Source: Negaprion brevirostris
Lineage: Eukaryota
Length of the DNA: 64,000 nt
NCBI GenBank assembly: GCA_030324005.1
Contig: JARDVH010000137.1
Location: 37,015,676-37,079,675 of the forward strand
Reading direction: 5' to 3'
Part shown: positions 1 through 12,830 of the stretch, piece by piece
How positions within the stretch are numbered: the first letter of the stretch is position 1
How the letters are laid out: every line of letters starts with the position of its first letter
Notes under the pieces: generated by a model
What the model was told of the DNA's origin: nothing
Databases searched by the model: none
Seen by the model: the letters and a program-made list of their open reading frames with translations, nothing else
Program-made: the position numbers and the translations under genes

Positions 1-90
1 GGTCACCTCTTAACCTTCTTCTCTCTAACGAAAATAACCTCAAGTCCCTCAGCCTTTCCTCATAAGACCTTCCCACCGTACCAGGCAACA
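1..90 (-). mobile_element. CR1-clade LINE fragment (end of RT ORF)
   Basis: Reverse complement translates to YEERLRDLRLFSLERRRLRGD, the typical CR1 ORF2 C-terminal motif. Confidence 0.8.
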
Positions 91-497
91 TATAGGTTGA
101 CTTTATTTCAGAACAACGTGTCAGTGTGCTAAGTTTTAAGTCGCAAATGGTTACTATCTGTTGGGACTGATACCGTCTCTAATATCCTAACTATGTTATG
201 GGTTGTGGGTTTTACACAAAAGAACATGGTTTGCACAAACAGATTAAAACTAACAACAACAGACTTATTCTGGGAGGCCTTGATGTACACAATACAAACA
301 AAGTATAACAGCAACCTGTGAAACACCCTAATGACATCATCATCAAAACATGTGATCAGCTCTAAAGCAACCAACAATCCTTTTAAATTTATAACATCTT
401 CATCAATGGTTGGGTTACATTTATCTAGGTCAATGATGTTAAGAACCATTTCACTGAGCAATATGGGGACACTTGAATGCTTTCTACTTGATTTGTG

Positions 498-612
498 ATA
501 AAAACAGAAAATGCTGAAAACACTCAGCAGGTCACACAGCATCTTGTTTCTTGGCAGATTATGCTTAGCCTGCTGAGTATTTACAGAATTTTGCTTTTAT
601 TTCCACAGTATC
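498..612. mobile_element. Short palindromic element (Penelope-related, internally deleted) in the TBCD 3' UTR
   Basis: Inverted arms aaaacagaaaatgctgaaaacactcagcagg ... cctgctgagtatttacagaattttgctttt. Same family as 29480-29630 and 59230-59425. Confidence 0.6.
596..601 (-). terminator. Candidate polyadenylation signal AATAAA in the TBCD 3' UTR (others at 102-107 and 816-821)
   Basis: tttatt on + equals AATAAA on -, downstream of the candidate stop codon. No transcript evidence. Confidence 0.35.
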
Positions 613-700
613 TTTCTCTTGTGTTAACATGAACTGCAATAGGTTTTCAGCGAGTATGTCGCCAATTGTCACGTCATCAAAAAGAATCTGGCTAATTCAG

Positions 701-733
701 TCAGGTAACAGCTGACTGTAAAATACCAGCAGC
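701..733 (-). CDS. TBCD: Candidate TBCD terminal coding exon: AAGILQSAVT*
   Basis: Strong polypyrimidine tract and acceptor (ttttcctttttttcattcttag|GCT) 119 nt after the exon-853 donor. Phase 0, short ORF ending in TGA at 703-701. Human TBCD also ends in a very short last coding exon. The peptide itself is not recognisably conserved. Confidence 0.6.
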   Translation of the reverse strand, partial: AAGILQSAVT

Positions 734-852
734 CTAAGAATGAAAAAAAGGAAAATTTGCCAAGAAATTTAGTTTGCATAGAATAATGTTGAACAAATTA
801 TATCTAAAACTTAATTTTATTGCAAACACTGATTTCTCCTGTGCTATTGTAC

Positions 853-937
853 CTTAGTAGCGATTATTGGTTTTGGAACACCCATCAGATCACACAGATG
901 ATTGCGTTGAGCTCGGACAGTGGGGAGATCAGCATCC
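853..937 (-). CDS. TBCD: TBCD penultimate coding exon (85 bp): DADLPTVRAQRNHLCDLMGVPKPIIATK
   Basis: Acceptor gacaacag|G and weak donor AAG|gtacaa. Matches human '[23 protein letters not shown]'. Confidence 0.95.
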
Positions 938-3224
938 CTGTTGTCAAAAGACGTTTTCCACAAGTTAACTGTCAGCTAATAAATTTACAATTGTTCACAT
1001 TCTGTGAGCGTGAACTATATTTTTGTTAAGTTGCAGTAACATTTAAAAAGGTTGAAACAATTGACAATAACGCATTCATAACATGCATGGCTCAACTACT
1101 GAACCTTGTTAACCTTGGCTGAAATTCAGGCACGCTCCAAATGAAGTGTCGTGTGCTGAAAATTAATTCTCTGTATTCAATAACAAAAACCACCCAAACT
1201 AGAATATGAATTTCTTTGCATTTTACTTCATGACACAAGAACTGCAACAGTAAGACCCATTCAACCTAATATTGTAGATTTCTTTCTCTCTCCCGTAACG
1301 GTGGTGGTAATTAATCGACGCCAACAATACCACATATTAACAGATCATTTACTCTAGGGCCTTAGAATAATAAAGTTATTGTAGTGTGCAAAGATATTTG
1401 AATTCTGGAATTTTAATGCATTCCCCCACAATCCCCACTGAGGCCATCGGAAGCTTACCATGGCTAAATATACCTAAAGCTGTACGGTTTCATTTGAATT
1501 GAGCTANNNNNNNNNNNNNNNNNNNNNNNNNNNNNNNNNNNAAATGAAAGGTAGCATTTTCATCCAAACTTGCTCAAAACCTGATTTAACAATATTGAGC
1601 ATTTGGTTACTTTACAGCATTGGCTGAGAGATTTAAAACCACACACTGAATTACATTTTAAAAAGAATAATATAGTTTGAAGTAATGAGCGCGAGGTGGA
1701 GTGATAAATTTTACAGTAAGCAGAAGACTTACTTAGAGCATTACTTAAAGAACATTAATTAGATTTAAGGAGGTAAAATAAGAAACAGATTGAATAAAGT
1801 GGCCAAACTCTGCCAATGCCAGCTGGATGAGGTTAACCAAATCAAACCTTTCAACTAGACTCTGCACTGTGCAAAGCATTCCAACTATTTAAATACTTGA
1901 GTTGATCCAATTTCCTGTAGTCTCTCAGCCATTACGTACTTTAACAGTCAAATACGTTATCAGATATTAGATAACGAATCTTACTGGCCTATGTCACAAG
2001 TCAGTATTTAATTCAGTGCAGATGAGTATACACTGGATACTAGAATTTTTTTAAAACTCTTCCGACATCATAAACCTATACATGAAGTGGAAATAAAAAT
2101 CCCTCTAACATACAGTAAACTTTCATCTGGCACTACTATTTTCCTTTATGTGATCACTGCTATTTCATATCTGTGTAGTACTCTACAAATAAAGAGAAAC
2201 AGATGCTGTTCATTTTACAACTATTTTATCAATAACATCTGCACATTTACCATCTATTCATTCATTGTGTTTTTCCAATATAATTATTTCTTCCCCCCCA
2301 ATACCTGTTTCTCCTTTTTGTACATTCCCAGATTTCACACCTAAATTATGGCTGAGAGGAAGGGGGATGCTTGCAACCACCTCAGGGAAACTGAATTGTT
2401 TTAGGGAAACAAAAACACAATCAAATTTTAGCAGGAGATTTTGCATTGTGCTGACCAGTAAAAAACCATAAATACATATTTTAGTTCTGTGCAGGGAAAT
2501 GAAGTGCACCTTGTTCAACACATCAGAAAATATTCTGGATTTTAGGTAGCAACTGCCAACTGAAGGATGGAAAGTGACATTTATTCACATGATGTGCTTT
2601 GGAACATTGCAAATGTTTTTGTTCAGTATTTTTTTTGTGATGCATTCCATGTAAGGGAGGAAAAACAACGTGTAGACAAATCCTGCCCTTGGAGAATAGA
2701 AAATTCACTGGTTAGGTTTACAGGCCAGAAATTCTCTCCAAGTTTAAGATGGGTGTGGGCAACAAAGAAAAAAAGCATGAATAAAGGTGGATTTAAAAAA
2801 AAACATGTTTTTGGATTTCAGTTAGTATCTGTATTCAGTAATGAAGGCAGAAACTATCCATCAACCCAAACACACAAAATACTCCCAACCCTCTTGTTAT
2901 GTTATCCCTAATTCTTACGCNNNNNNNNNNNNNNNNNNNNNNNNNNNNNNNNNNNNNNNNNNNNNNNNNNNNNNNNNNNNNNNNNNNNNNNNNNNNNNNN
3001 NNNNNNNNNNNNNNNNNNNNNNNNNNNNNNNNNNNNNNNNNNNNNNNNNNNNNNNNNNNNACTGCAGAAGTTCTTCTTTAATACTCTCGATAACCTAGCT
3101 TTCTTTCTTGAACTGTGCTAATTTTCCTAATTTTCTAATGCTAGTATTTTATAGCTAGGCAAATGTAAATTGCAACATCTTAAGAATAAAGAATTTAAGT
3201 TTGGCAAAAGGTTTTGTCTCAATT

Positions 3225-3585
3225 GACGTGGTGATATTGTCACTGGACTAATAATAGCGACCATGGGCAATGCTCGGGGAGCCAGGTTCAAATCCCCACC
3301 AGGGCAGATGTGACACTCAAATTTAATAAAAATCTGCAATTAAAAGTACAATGTCAACCATGAAATGAATGCTTATTGTCATAAAAATCCACCTGGTACA
3401 TTAATGTGCTTTGGGGAAGGAAATCTGCCATCCTTACCTGGTCTGACTTACACATGTCTACAGACTCTCAGTAATGTGGTTAACTCATATGCCTTCTGAA
3501 ATGGCCACTCAGTTTAGGGCAATTAGGGATGGGCAATAAATGCTGGCCCAGCCAGCAGTGCCCACATCTTATGAATGAATAAAAA
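3225..3585 (+). mobile_element. tRNA-derived Deu-domain SINE (SacSINE1-like)
   Basis: B box GGTTCAAATCC (3285-3295), core ggggaaggaaatctgccatccttacctggtctg, and LINE-type tail gggcaattagggatgggcaataaatgctggcccagccagc...gaatgaataaaa. Confidence 0.75.
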
Positions 3586-4302
3586 CTGCTGAGAAAGACC
3601 TTCATGATTATAGATGCTGCTACAATTTTGAGGTTTATAAAATTGTTATATTTTGGAATAGTGTCTTTAATTTAAAGTAAAGTGAAGGGATCATGTGACA
3701 TGTTTTGAAGTCCACCTGACAATATTCTTGGGAGTTTGATTGTTAGATATCAAAGGAGGGCATAGATTGTTTTACTAGGAAGAATGTGCAAGGTATTGAT
3801 GCTTGGAGATGATGGCAACAGCCAGAGTGTTATCAAGCGAGACTGAGAGCCTCCAAAATCCCAACAATGTGTTGAAAATCATCAGGCTGCAAACAGTTGT
3901 ACTTTAAAATATCCATTTAGGTTCAAGAAAGAGGATTGGGCTCTCAAGGATAGATAATTAACATTCCTACCTAGATACAAGGTCCATGTGATTCACATTG
4001 TCAAGCGGAAGGATGCAGGGAAAGCTAACAATCAGGTTACAGACTTTGTTAGAATATCACTGAATAGCACAGACAGTATTTTTTAAGTCTGCCAGGATCC
4101 AAGACAGAGGTAGCAGCTGGAGGGAAAGAAGTTTCTATGATCAGAATATGGGTGGAGGTTTGCACTTGGATTGAAAAGGCCAAATTCATGCAATGTTTAA
4201 AATGAAGCTGGAAGAGTCGCCTACCTTGGTCTAGAGGGCGAGTTTCCAGAAAAAGAAAGTTCACTGTGATTGTTGTAAAGCTGAATGTTACCAGGCTGAG
4301 AA

Positions 4303-4396
4303 GGGGGGTGGGGGTGGGGGTGGGGGTGGGGGTGGGGGGTAGGGGGTAGGGGGGTAGAGGGGTCGGCGGGTAGAGGGGTAGGAGGTGGGAGAGTGT
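4303..4396 (+). repeat. G-rich (GGGGGT)n / (GGGGTA)n low-complexity repeat abutting a gap
   Basis: Directly visible runs of G5-G6. Confidence 0.9.
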
Positions 4397-5040
4397 NNNN
4401 NNNNNNNNNNNNNNNNNNNNNNNNNNNNNNNNNNNNNNNNNNNNNNNNNNNNNNNNNNNNNNNNNNNNNNNNNNNNNNNNNNNNNNNNNNNNNNNNAAGG
4501 GGATATTTCATTCTGTGCTTTAAAGTATAAGCTGCCTACAAGGTAGCATTTGTTTAATAGCGTTTTTTTGGTCATTTGTTACAGTAACTATTTTAAACAT
4601 GAAATACCGATGTGCCATTCTTACAGATATTGACTGGAAGTTTGAATTTCTTTTTACAAGTTATGAGCCCTTCAGGGAACATAACAATATGCGTGAGCTA
4701 TAGATCATTTATAGCTATATAAATGAGCAAGAACTTTCAGCTTGTCTGCAATGTTAATAATGATGAATAGCCTCTTAAAAAATAACATGACCATTGGATG
4801 TCTCAAAGCACTTTATAGCCAGTGAAGTACTTTTCAAGTACAATCACTGTGTAATACGAAAAACAGGAAGCTAATTTGAGCTCCCCCCAACCGCAATAGA
4901 AAAATGACCAGGTAATGTGTTTTTGTGTTTTTGACTGAAGAATAAACATTGGCTCGGACATCAAGGTTCTAGGTTGGCTTGTATTTATTGAAGCACGTTC
5001 AGCACAGTGCAAGGCCCATGTGCATAGCAAATGTTACTTA

Positions 5041-5163
<123 letters not shown>

Positions 5164-5734
5164 TTAATTAGAAAACACATCTTGAAACACAAAACCATCA
5201 CAGAACAGGTCTGTTACATCTGCAAGTCTGTCACTTCTTATCTAACTTGCAAGTTAGATAAGATCACAAACTATCATTGTGTTAGATTACACCAATATAT
5301 TAATATTCTTAGGTTTCACTTGAAAATCAGTGATCAGGTGCAATGATAGTACATTTTCAAGGATCACCTACAATATAGAGGCAATGAATTAAAGGATGGA
5401 ACCTTCCTAGAAATTGGAGATGGGATGGGAAGCTTGGAAAATGGTGCCAGAAGGTGACCAGAAGAAACCCAGCACTTTTCAGTCACTCTGTGATATTTTT
5501 GGAAGGGAGAATGACATTGGCTCAGCCACACCGCTGAATGGAGGCAGATGGCCAATTAATTCAATTAACTGGCCAATTAATGGCCATTTTACCACAACAT
5601 CAGGATTTTACTGGTGTAAATACATCAGTGTATATTGCCTTTTCCACTATAGAGTGGAATGGCATTGATACCACTTCTGAAATAATTGTTACATTGCCCA
5701 TCCACTGAGTCATGTATTCAACCATTTCTGATTA

Positions 5735-6930
5735 TTTCATGGGATATGGGTGTTGCTGGCTAGGCCAGCACTTTTCTTGTGCATCTCCTATTGCTCGAGA
5801 AGATGTGGTGAGCTGTCTTCTTGAACTGCTGCAGGTACATGCACAGGGCAGTGAGGGAGGGAGTTCCAGGATTTTGACCGAGCAACAGTGAAGAATGGTG
5901 ACGTAGATTCAAGTCAGGATGGTGTGCAGCATTGAGGGGAAGTTGCAGGTGGTGGTGTTCCCATGCATCTACTGCCCTTGGCCTTCTAAGTTATAGAGAT
6001 TGCTGGTTTGGAAGGTGCTAAGGAGCCTTGGAGAGTTGCTGCAGTGCATCTTGTAGATGGTACACACTGGTGCTACTATGTGCAGTGGTGGAGAAAGTTG
6101 ATGTTAAAAGTGATGAATGGGGTGTCAATCAAGCAGGTTGTTTTGTCCTGGAGGGTGTTGAGCTTCTTGAATGTTTTTGGAGCAGAACTCATCCAAGCAA
6201 TTCAAAAGCACTCCTGACATGTGCATTGTAGATGGTGGACAGGCTTTGGGGAGTCAGATTACTTCTCCCCACAGAATTCTCAGCTTCTGAACTGCTCTTT
6301 TAGCAATAGTCCAGTTCAGTTTCTTATCAATGGTAATCCCCAGGATGTTGCTAGTGGGGAATTCAGCATGATAATGACACTGAATGTCAAGAGGAGATGG
6401 TTGCATTCTCCCTTGTTGAAGATAGTCATTGCCTGGCACTTGTGTTGCACAAATGTTACTTGTCATTTATCACCCAAGCTCAAATGCTGTCTAGGTTTTT
6501 TCGTACATAGGGACAGACTGCTTCAGCATCTGAGGAATCGCGAATTGAGCTGAACATTATGCAATCATATGCAAACTTCCCACTTCAGACCTTATGATGG
6601 GGGAAGGTCATTGATGAAGCAGCTGAAGATGGTTGAGCCTAGGGCCCTTAAAGAAATCCTGCAGTGGTGTCTTGGGATTGAGATGATTGACCTCTAACAA
6701 CCAACAAGATACGTGCAAGATATGACTCCNNNNNNNNNNNNNNNNNNAACATTAAATTCCATTTGCCAGTTCCTGGCCCATTCACCCAGCCTATCTAGAT
6801 CCTTCTGCAGACTCTCCACACCCTATCTCTTTTGTCCTTGTCTGGATTAAGACTGTAATGAGGTCAGGAGTGGATGGCCCTGGCGGAACCTAAACTGAGT
6901 GTCAGTGAGCAGGTTGTTGCTGAGTAAGAT
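5735..6930 (-). mobile_element. LINE 3' portion (RT end plus 3' tail), decayed
   Basis: Minus-strand ORF 6254-6466 (...NILGITIDKKLNW...QKLRIL) is an RT C-terminal motif. The tail at 5735-5800 matches the SINE tail at 3535-3585. Confidence 0.8.
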
Positions 6931-6989
6931 GATCTAGCAATGGACTGAAAAGGATTCTAAGTATAAATGCACTCTTTAATATTGAATTA

Positions 6990-8130
6990 CATAGAATTAC
7001 TCTCCTTGCATCCTATCTATCTCTCATCAACCTTTTAGCATATCTTTCTATTCATTTTTCACTCAAGTATTTGCTTTGTTTCATTCTGAAAGCATCTAAG
7101 CTATTTGCCTCGACCATTTCCTGTGGTTGCAAGTGCCACATATTCAACGTAAAGCATTTTACTCTTATTTCCCTATTGAATTTATTAATGACTGTCTATG
7201 ACCTCTAGTTTTGCATTCTGCTAGAAGTAGAAACATTCTCACCACATCTACCGTCTGACCCATCCCAAACTTTAAAGGCCTCCATCAGGTGATCCCCTAA
7301 GTCTTGTCTTTGTTAAAGAGTGAAGTTTCAACATGTTCAATCTTTTCTGATAATTTGTTAGTTCATGTTCAATCATGCAAATCTCTGTGCACTTTCTTCA
7401 CTGCTTCTATGTCCTTTTATTAAAGTTCGGAGTTATGATCTGACCAGGGTGACGATACAGAGCTCATTACTTTTAAGTTAAGTTTTATGATCCTAGAAAT
7501 ACATCCAATGCTTTGTTAACGTTTGTAATTACTCTGATGGCCTGCAACGTTGCTTGGATAGTTTGTTCTTACTTGTGCTCAGATCCCCTTTTCTTCAACC
7601 CATTCAGTTTCTTACTTTCAAATGGGCTCGCATGGAGCATAATCACCAATATGGGTTAATTGGGCTGAATGGCATTTTCTGTGCCACACATCCTAATTAA
7701 TCCTTTGTTATATTCCAAAGTGTTGCCGACACTTCTACATTTCCTACCAAAGTACATCAACTCACATTTATCTATGTTAAAGTTCATTTATCACGTAACT
7801 GCCTATTTTCAAGTTTTCTGCTGTCTTCCTGTATTAAGTTTCATTCTTCCTTAATGTTAACCATACTGCACCCAGTCCAGTAGCATTGGCAATTATGATA
7901 ATGTTACTTGTTGTCAAATCCGAATCACTGACATAAATTATAAATAAGTGGTCCCAGTGCTGATCTTTGAGGGAAAACATTCCTCCAATCTGAATAACTA
8001 CCCTTTAACTCTACTCTCTGCCTTCTATTTTTAGACAATTTATTTTCCATTTAACCATCATTCACTGTGCCCTCACATTTATCATAAGCTCACTGTATGG
8101 AGCACTGTCAAAGGCCTTGTGATAAATCCA
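6990..8130 (-). mobile_element. Old, highly decayed CR1-like LINE fragment
   Basis: Remnants of RT motifs on - (tgtcaaaggccttg = KAFD; ggtcccagtgctgatc = SALGP) and CR1-like 3' sequence. Confidence 0.55.
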
Positions 8131-9700
8131 AGTAGCTGAATGATGTTGCTGTGATCAGTTTATTCAGGAAACAACCATTGACTTTATTTGTTTCCTATTC
8201 CGGTCCATCTGATATCAACAGGATAGCAGTAGAGGGAAAAGGGGAGAGCATCATGATCAACCTTAAACGGAAAATTTGTGGTGTTTTCTAATGGGATCTG
8301 TTTGATTTTCATTACTGCAACATACCTGCTACTCCGTAGTAACTGAAGAAATCTGCTGTTACTTACAAATACTTTCAATTTCCATGTCTCATTTAATGAT
8401 TTCACTTTGTTTTTAATATCAGACTATAATCAGTTTTTAAGTCAAATCACTAATGCATCTAAAGGTCTACATGCTCCCCAAAAATAAGATCCTGTTTAAC
8501 TACATATGCTCTTTAATACATAATTTTAAAACAAATGTCTTTACACGACAGTTTTAACTCTGAATTTGAGTGACGTTNNNNNNNNNNNNNNNNNNNNNNN
8601 NNNNNNNNNNNNNNNNNNNNNNNNNNNNNNNNNNNNNNNNNNNNNNNNNNNNNNNNNNNNNNNNNNNNNNNNNNNNNACATTGCAACTTCTACACTTTTG
8701 ATCCAGAGACCATGCCGGTTTAATTTCGCAATTTAAAAACCTAAGCTTCCAAAATGGACATTCAGAAGACAGAAATTTCACTCCAGTTTTAACTGGATAC
8801 AAGCACTGTAATTCTTACAATCATCTGCAAAGTTGAAACTACAAATATCTGAAAGTACATAGCCACGGCACAGGAGGTGCAAGCACTAAAAATTCCAGTC
8901 AGACAATGTCATTTGTTTAAAAACTCTTGAAGCCATGCGCTTTCTGCTCATTTTCAACATCATGAGTGACAGTTATGGGTAAAATGCTGAACTAGGTGAT
9001 GCAGCTCATTAACAAATACATTTTAAAAAAAGCTTTGAACTGAAATGACACTTCTCTTTGAAGGTATTTCCTGACTAAAGTGTTTCCTTTACTGCAGAAC
9101 ATTGCTAGAGAAAGAATGGATTCCTTCCAAAGGCCACATGACTGTTAACAGCTGTTAGAGTAGCCACTACCAATCAAACAATGTGTCACCTCTCTTCTAT
9201 AAAGCTGCTAAGTCTCTGTCTGAACCCTGATGCATTTACTATCCTCTCACACTTGTTAGGTGGCTATGATCGCCATCAAGCATTTGTTGCCATGGCAAAC
9301 TTCTACTATCTTGAAGCAAAGCCTGAACTGATGCAGGAGTGATGTGCTGTTACTTCCACATATAAACACAGAAAAATAACTGGGCATCTTTATGCATTTT
9401 CACTGATCACAGTCCATTTCTCCTTAAAGAAAAAAAGCAGCCTTATGTACATCACATGATACATAAAGTCTGGAGAATTATGCCACACTGATATAAACAA
9501 GAGTATATTGCTCCAGCAATTTTAATATAATTGAATAGTGCAGGCAAACTGAAGATTAAGAGTGTAAATGCATCTGCCAAAAAAAGCTCGTGGCTTTCAG
9601 CTTTTTATAGAGTTCCTCATGTTGAAAAGTTGCAACGTGACTAGCCTCTACCACAAAATTCTTATCTGTGAAAAAAATTAATAAATTTGTGAGTGCTTAC

Positions 9701-9788
9701 TATTGGGAATGGGTAGCACAACAGAAGCAAGAGCTGGAAGAGAACATTCTTCCTGATTTCTCCTTGGAACTGAATAAGACCGCAGAAC
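9701..9788 (-). CDS. TBCD: TBCD coding exon (88 bp): FCGLIQFQGEIRKNVLFQLLLLLCYPFPI
   Basis: Acceptor tgtcttacag|G and donor ATA|gtaagc. Matches human '[29 protein letters not shown]'. Confidence 0.96.
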
Positions 9789-11837
9789 CTGTAAGACAAA
9801 TCAGAGTGGATATAACTATTCATAAATACAAATTTCAATTAGAATATTTATGCTTTGAGTTCTTCATAAAGTAAAAGTGCCTTAAGGACCGGTGTGTGAG
9901 AAGTAACAAATCTTAAGAAAACCATACATTTTTCACATATGCCGATATCACCAACAACTGAATTTACTCTCCAAACAATATTCAGAAAATATACCATCAA
10001 AGTTCAGGAACTTGTTATCTGGAGTAGCTTCTATCTCCTGCACAGAATGGCAATATTATTCTTCCCAAACTGGTTTTAAGCTCTTAAAACTTTAGGCAAT
10101 AAATTGCATTCAAAGAAAACCAGAATCCAGAAGGAGGATTGAAAAATCAAGTGGGATTTTCTGGTCACGCTCGCCCCAAAACCAGAAAATCCTGCCCCAT
10201 GTCAACAGACCTTTGCATGGTCTGCTTCTTACCCACTATGATTCCTGAAAACTCCCCCATAATTTTTGAAAAATAGTCATTAAACAGTTCATGAATGCCT
10301 AAACTGCAGTAACACTTTTTTCACTAATTCTTCCTCGATATCGTAAATCCTTTCCAAACACTACCATCACTCTATAGCAGAAAGACAACAAGAAAAGAAA
10401 ATATGAAGACACTGCTCCAACTAAGATGAGCTGGTAATTTTATTAGGGAATAAGTTGCAGAAAGTGATGTATTACTCACTTTGAATGTCAGCATTCCTGT
10501 TACGACATAGGCAAGGGCCGGGGATAATCAATCAGTGAAATCCCACTGGTGTAAAAGCAGTTTTGAAACTCCTGTGGGATTTTTCGCCCCACCATCATTC
10601 CTGCTCACCCTCCTGTCCCACCCCTGAGAACAGGAGTGAAAAATCCCTCCCTATTTTCTAATTCTCAAAATGCAGTCAATTCACAAGTTCTTTAAAGTAT
10701 GATTTAAAAATTCTTTAATTGCTGGTTCTCTCAACTTCCTGACAAAGTCAGCAGATCATAGATCTGAATTATAATATTCTGGATTACGCTTGTTGCTATA
10801 TCGCAAAAAAACAAATATATGCAAATCCACATAAACATAAAAGCATGAAAGTTTACCTAAAAACACAAACAAACTGCCAAGCTTTTCTATACGGAACTCC
10901 CACATACCAATCAAGTGCATGCAATGGAAAGTTTTCCAAGGAGGATATTTTCCTCTCCCCGCCCCCACCCCAACTTTGTCACTTCTCTTTTCCCATTGGC
11001 CCAGAAATATTATAAAATATTCACATGTCACTCTATTTGGTATAACCAGCAGCTAGCTAATTGTTGGTCTCAGTAATTTAGCGGGCATAACGCTTCAACA
11101 AGCACGCATTGCTGCATGGCTGCACTTTTGGACATTATGACTCTCTCTCTCTTCAACCATGCTTCATATATTACTGATTTCAACTGCGTTTAACATCAGG
11201 AATACAGAATGAACTTTTTTTTTGGAACACTGGGACTGGCCATCTTTTGCCTGCCTGGGGTACAAAATGGTTAAATATTTAATTAACTTTACTGACAGAG
11301 GTGCAGAAATATAGCTTTCAAAAAAAAAGGTAGCCTGCTGGTTTTACTTTCCCACGGGAAATTTGCATGTTGAAAAAGAAGGCCTATTCTGAACTTGTGC
11401 GAACATGTTCTGGGTTTTCTCTTCATCCATTCTGTCACTAATATTGTTAATTATGTATTTACAACCTGTGACATGACTAATGTTAAAACTGTAATGCTAC
11501 ACTCCTGCTGTCTGTTGGAAAGAAAGTAATTTCAATTCTGTAAGTAACACTGCATTTCTTTGATCTACACCTCTGTTTTATATTACTAATGTGGTGTCTA
11601 TCCAATGGAATATATGCCAGAATTCCTTATTAATTTGGAACATATTTATCTGAGAATGTGTAAAATAATGAAAGGATATTTCTACCTTCTTTGCCTAAGT
11701 GAAACATAACATTCACTCTTTATGTTGGCCTATGTCGCTTGATGCATATCTTATATGTAACATGCTAAACTGATTATAATATTTTTGCCTACTCATCTTT
11801 GTATTACATTACGATACAGTATTATGATATTATTAGC

Positions 11838-12090
11838 ATGAGTTTAATGTGGAGAAGTGTGAGGTAATTCATTTTGGTAGGAATAACAGATGTGTTGATT
11901 ATAGTGCTAATGNNNNNNNNNNNNNNNNNNNNNNNNNNNNNNNNNNNNNNNNNNNNNNNNNNNNNNNNNNNNNNNNNNNNNNNNNNNNNNNNNNNNNNNN
12001 NNNNNNNNNNNNTTTTTTAAAAGCTGGTCGGCGCAACATCGTGGGCCGAAGGGCCTGTTCTGCGCTGTAATGTTCTATGTTCTATGTTTT
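11838..12090 (+). mobile_element. CR1 (HER1-like) LINE 3' fragment spanning a gap
   Basis: FNVEKCEVIHFGRNN motif, then tail gggccgaagggcctgttctgcgctgtaatgttctatgttctatg. Confidence 0.8.
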
Positions 12091-12494
12091 ATGATGGCTC
12101 AAAATGGTATTCAATGGAACAGCCTGAAGTCACCAGGTTGCTGCACATTTCTAAACTTACTCAGAATAGTGCACTAAATGTTTGAGATTGGACAATGAAT
12201 CAAAAGTTGGTTGGCATATATATTAGCCCGAGCAAAAGCAGTTTGTTAATTTAAGCTAACTCAATTAAGGAACAGTATCAGGGTGGTGCTGCTGGTCAGA
12301 GGAGTTGTTGATCAAGCAGCGAACATGAGGAACAAAGTAATAGTAGAGTTTAAATTTTTCAAGGAAGGTTCAAGCACCCACCTTCTTGACCAAGAGGGTT
12401 AATTATATAAGGCTAGCCTGGGAGAGGTGGAGGAGAAATATACTGATGTAGTATTACCACAAATTTTACTATTACACTGTTGGAATTATCAGAT

Positions 12495-12830
12495 TAAGGC
12501 AGCTTCATGGGTTCAATTTTGGCCTTGGGTGAGTGTCGAAATGGAATTTGCACATTCTCCCTGTGTCTGCATGGGTTTCTTCCAGGTGCTCTGGTTTCTT
12601 CCCACAGTCCAAAGATGCGCAGAATAGGTGGATTGGCCATGTTAAATTGCCCGTCAGTTTCCCAAGACCCAGCGAGCAAGTGGGGTGGTGTGGGGGCTGT
12701 GGTGGTGTTGTTGATGGATTAGCCATGGGATAGTGCAAGGTAGTGGGCCTGGGTAAGATACTCTGTCAGTGAGTCAGTGTAAACTTGATAGGCAGAATGG
12801 AATCCTCTTACATTGTAGGGGGTTCAATGA
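12495..12830 (+). mobile_element. HE1/V-type tRNA SINE carrying an inserted 50-bp segment
   Basis: V-domain-like core (tttgcacattctccctgtgtctgcatgggtttc...cccacagtccaaagatg...ggattggccatg) and CR1-like tail. Confidence 0.8.

Noticed and set aside
129-542. 137-aa minus-strand ORF
   Set aside because: Lies in the putative TBCD 3' UTR, starts inside a repeat, and has no recognisable homology.
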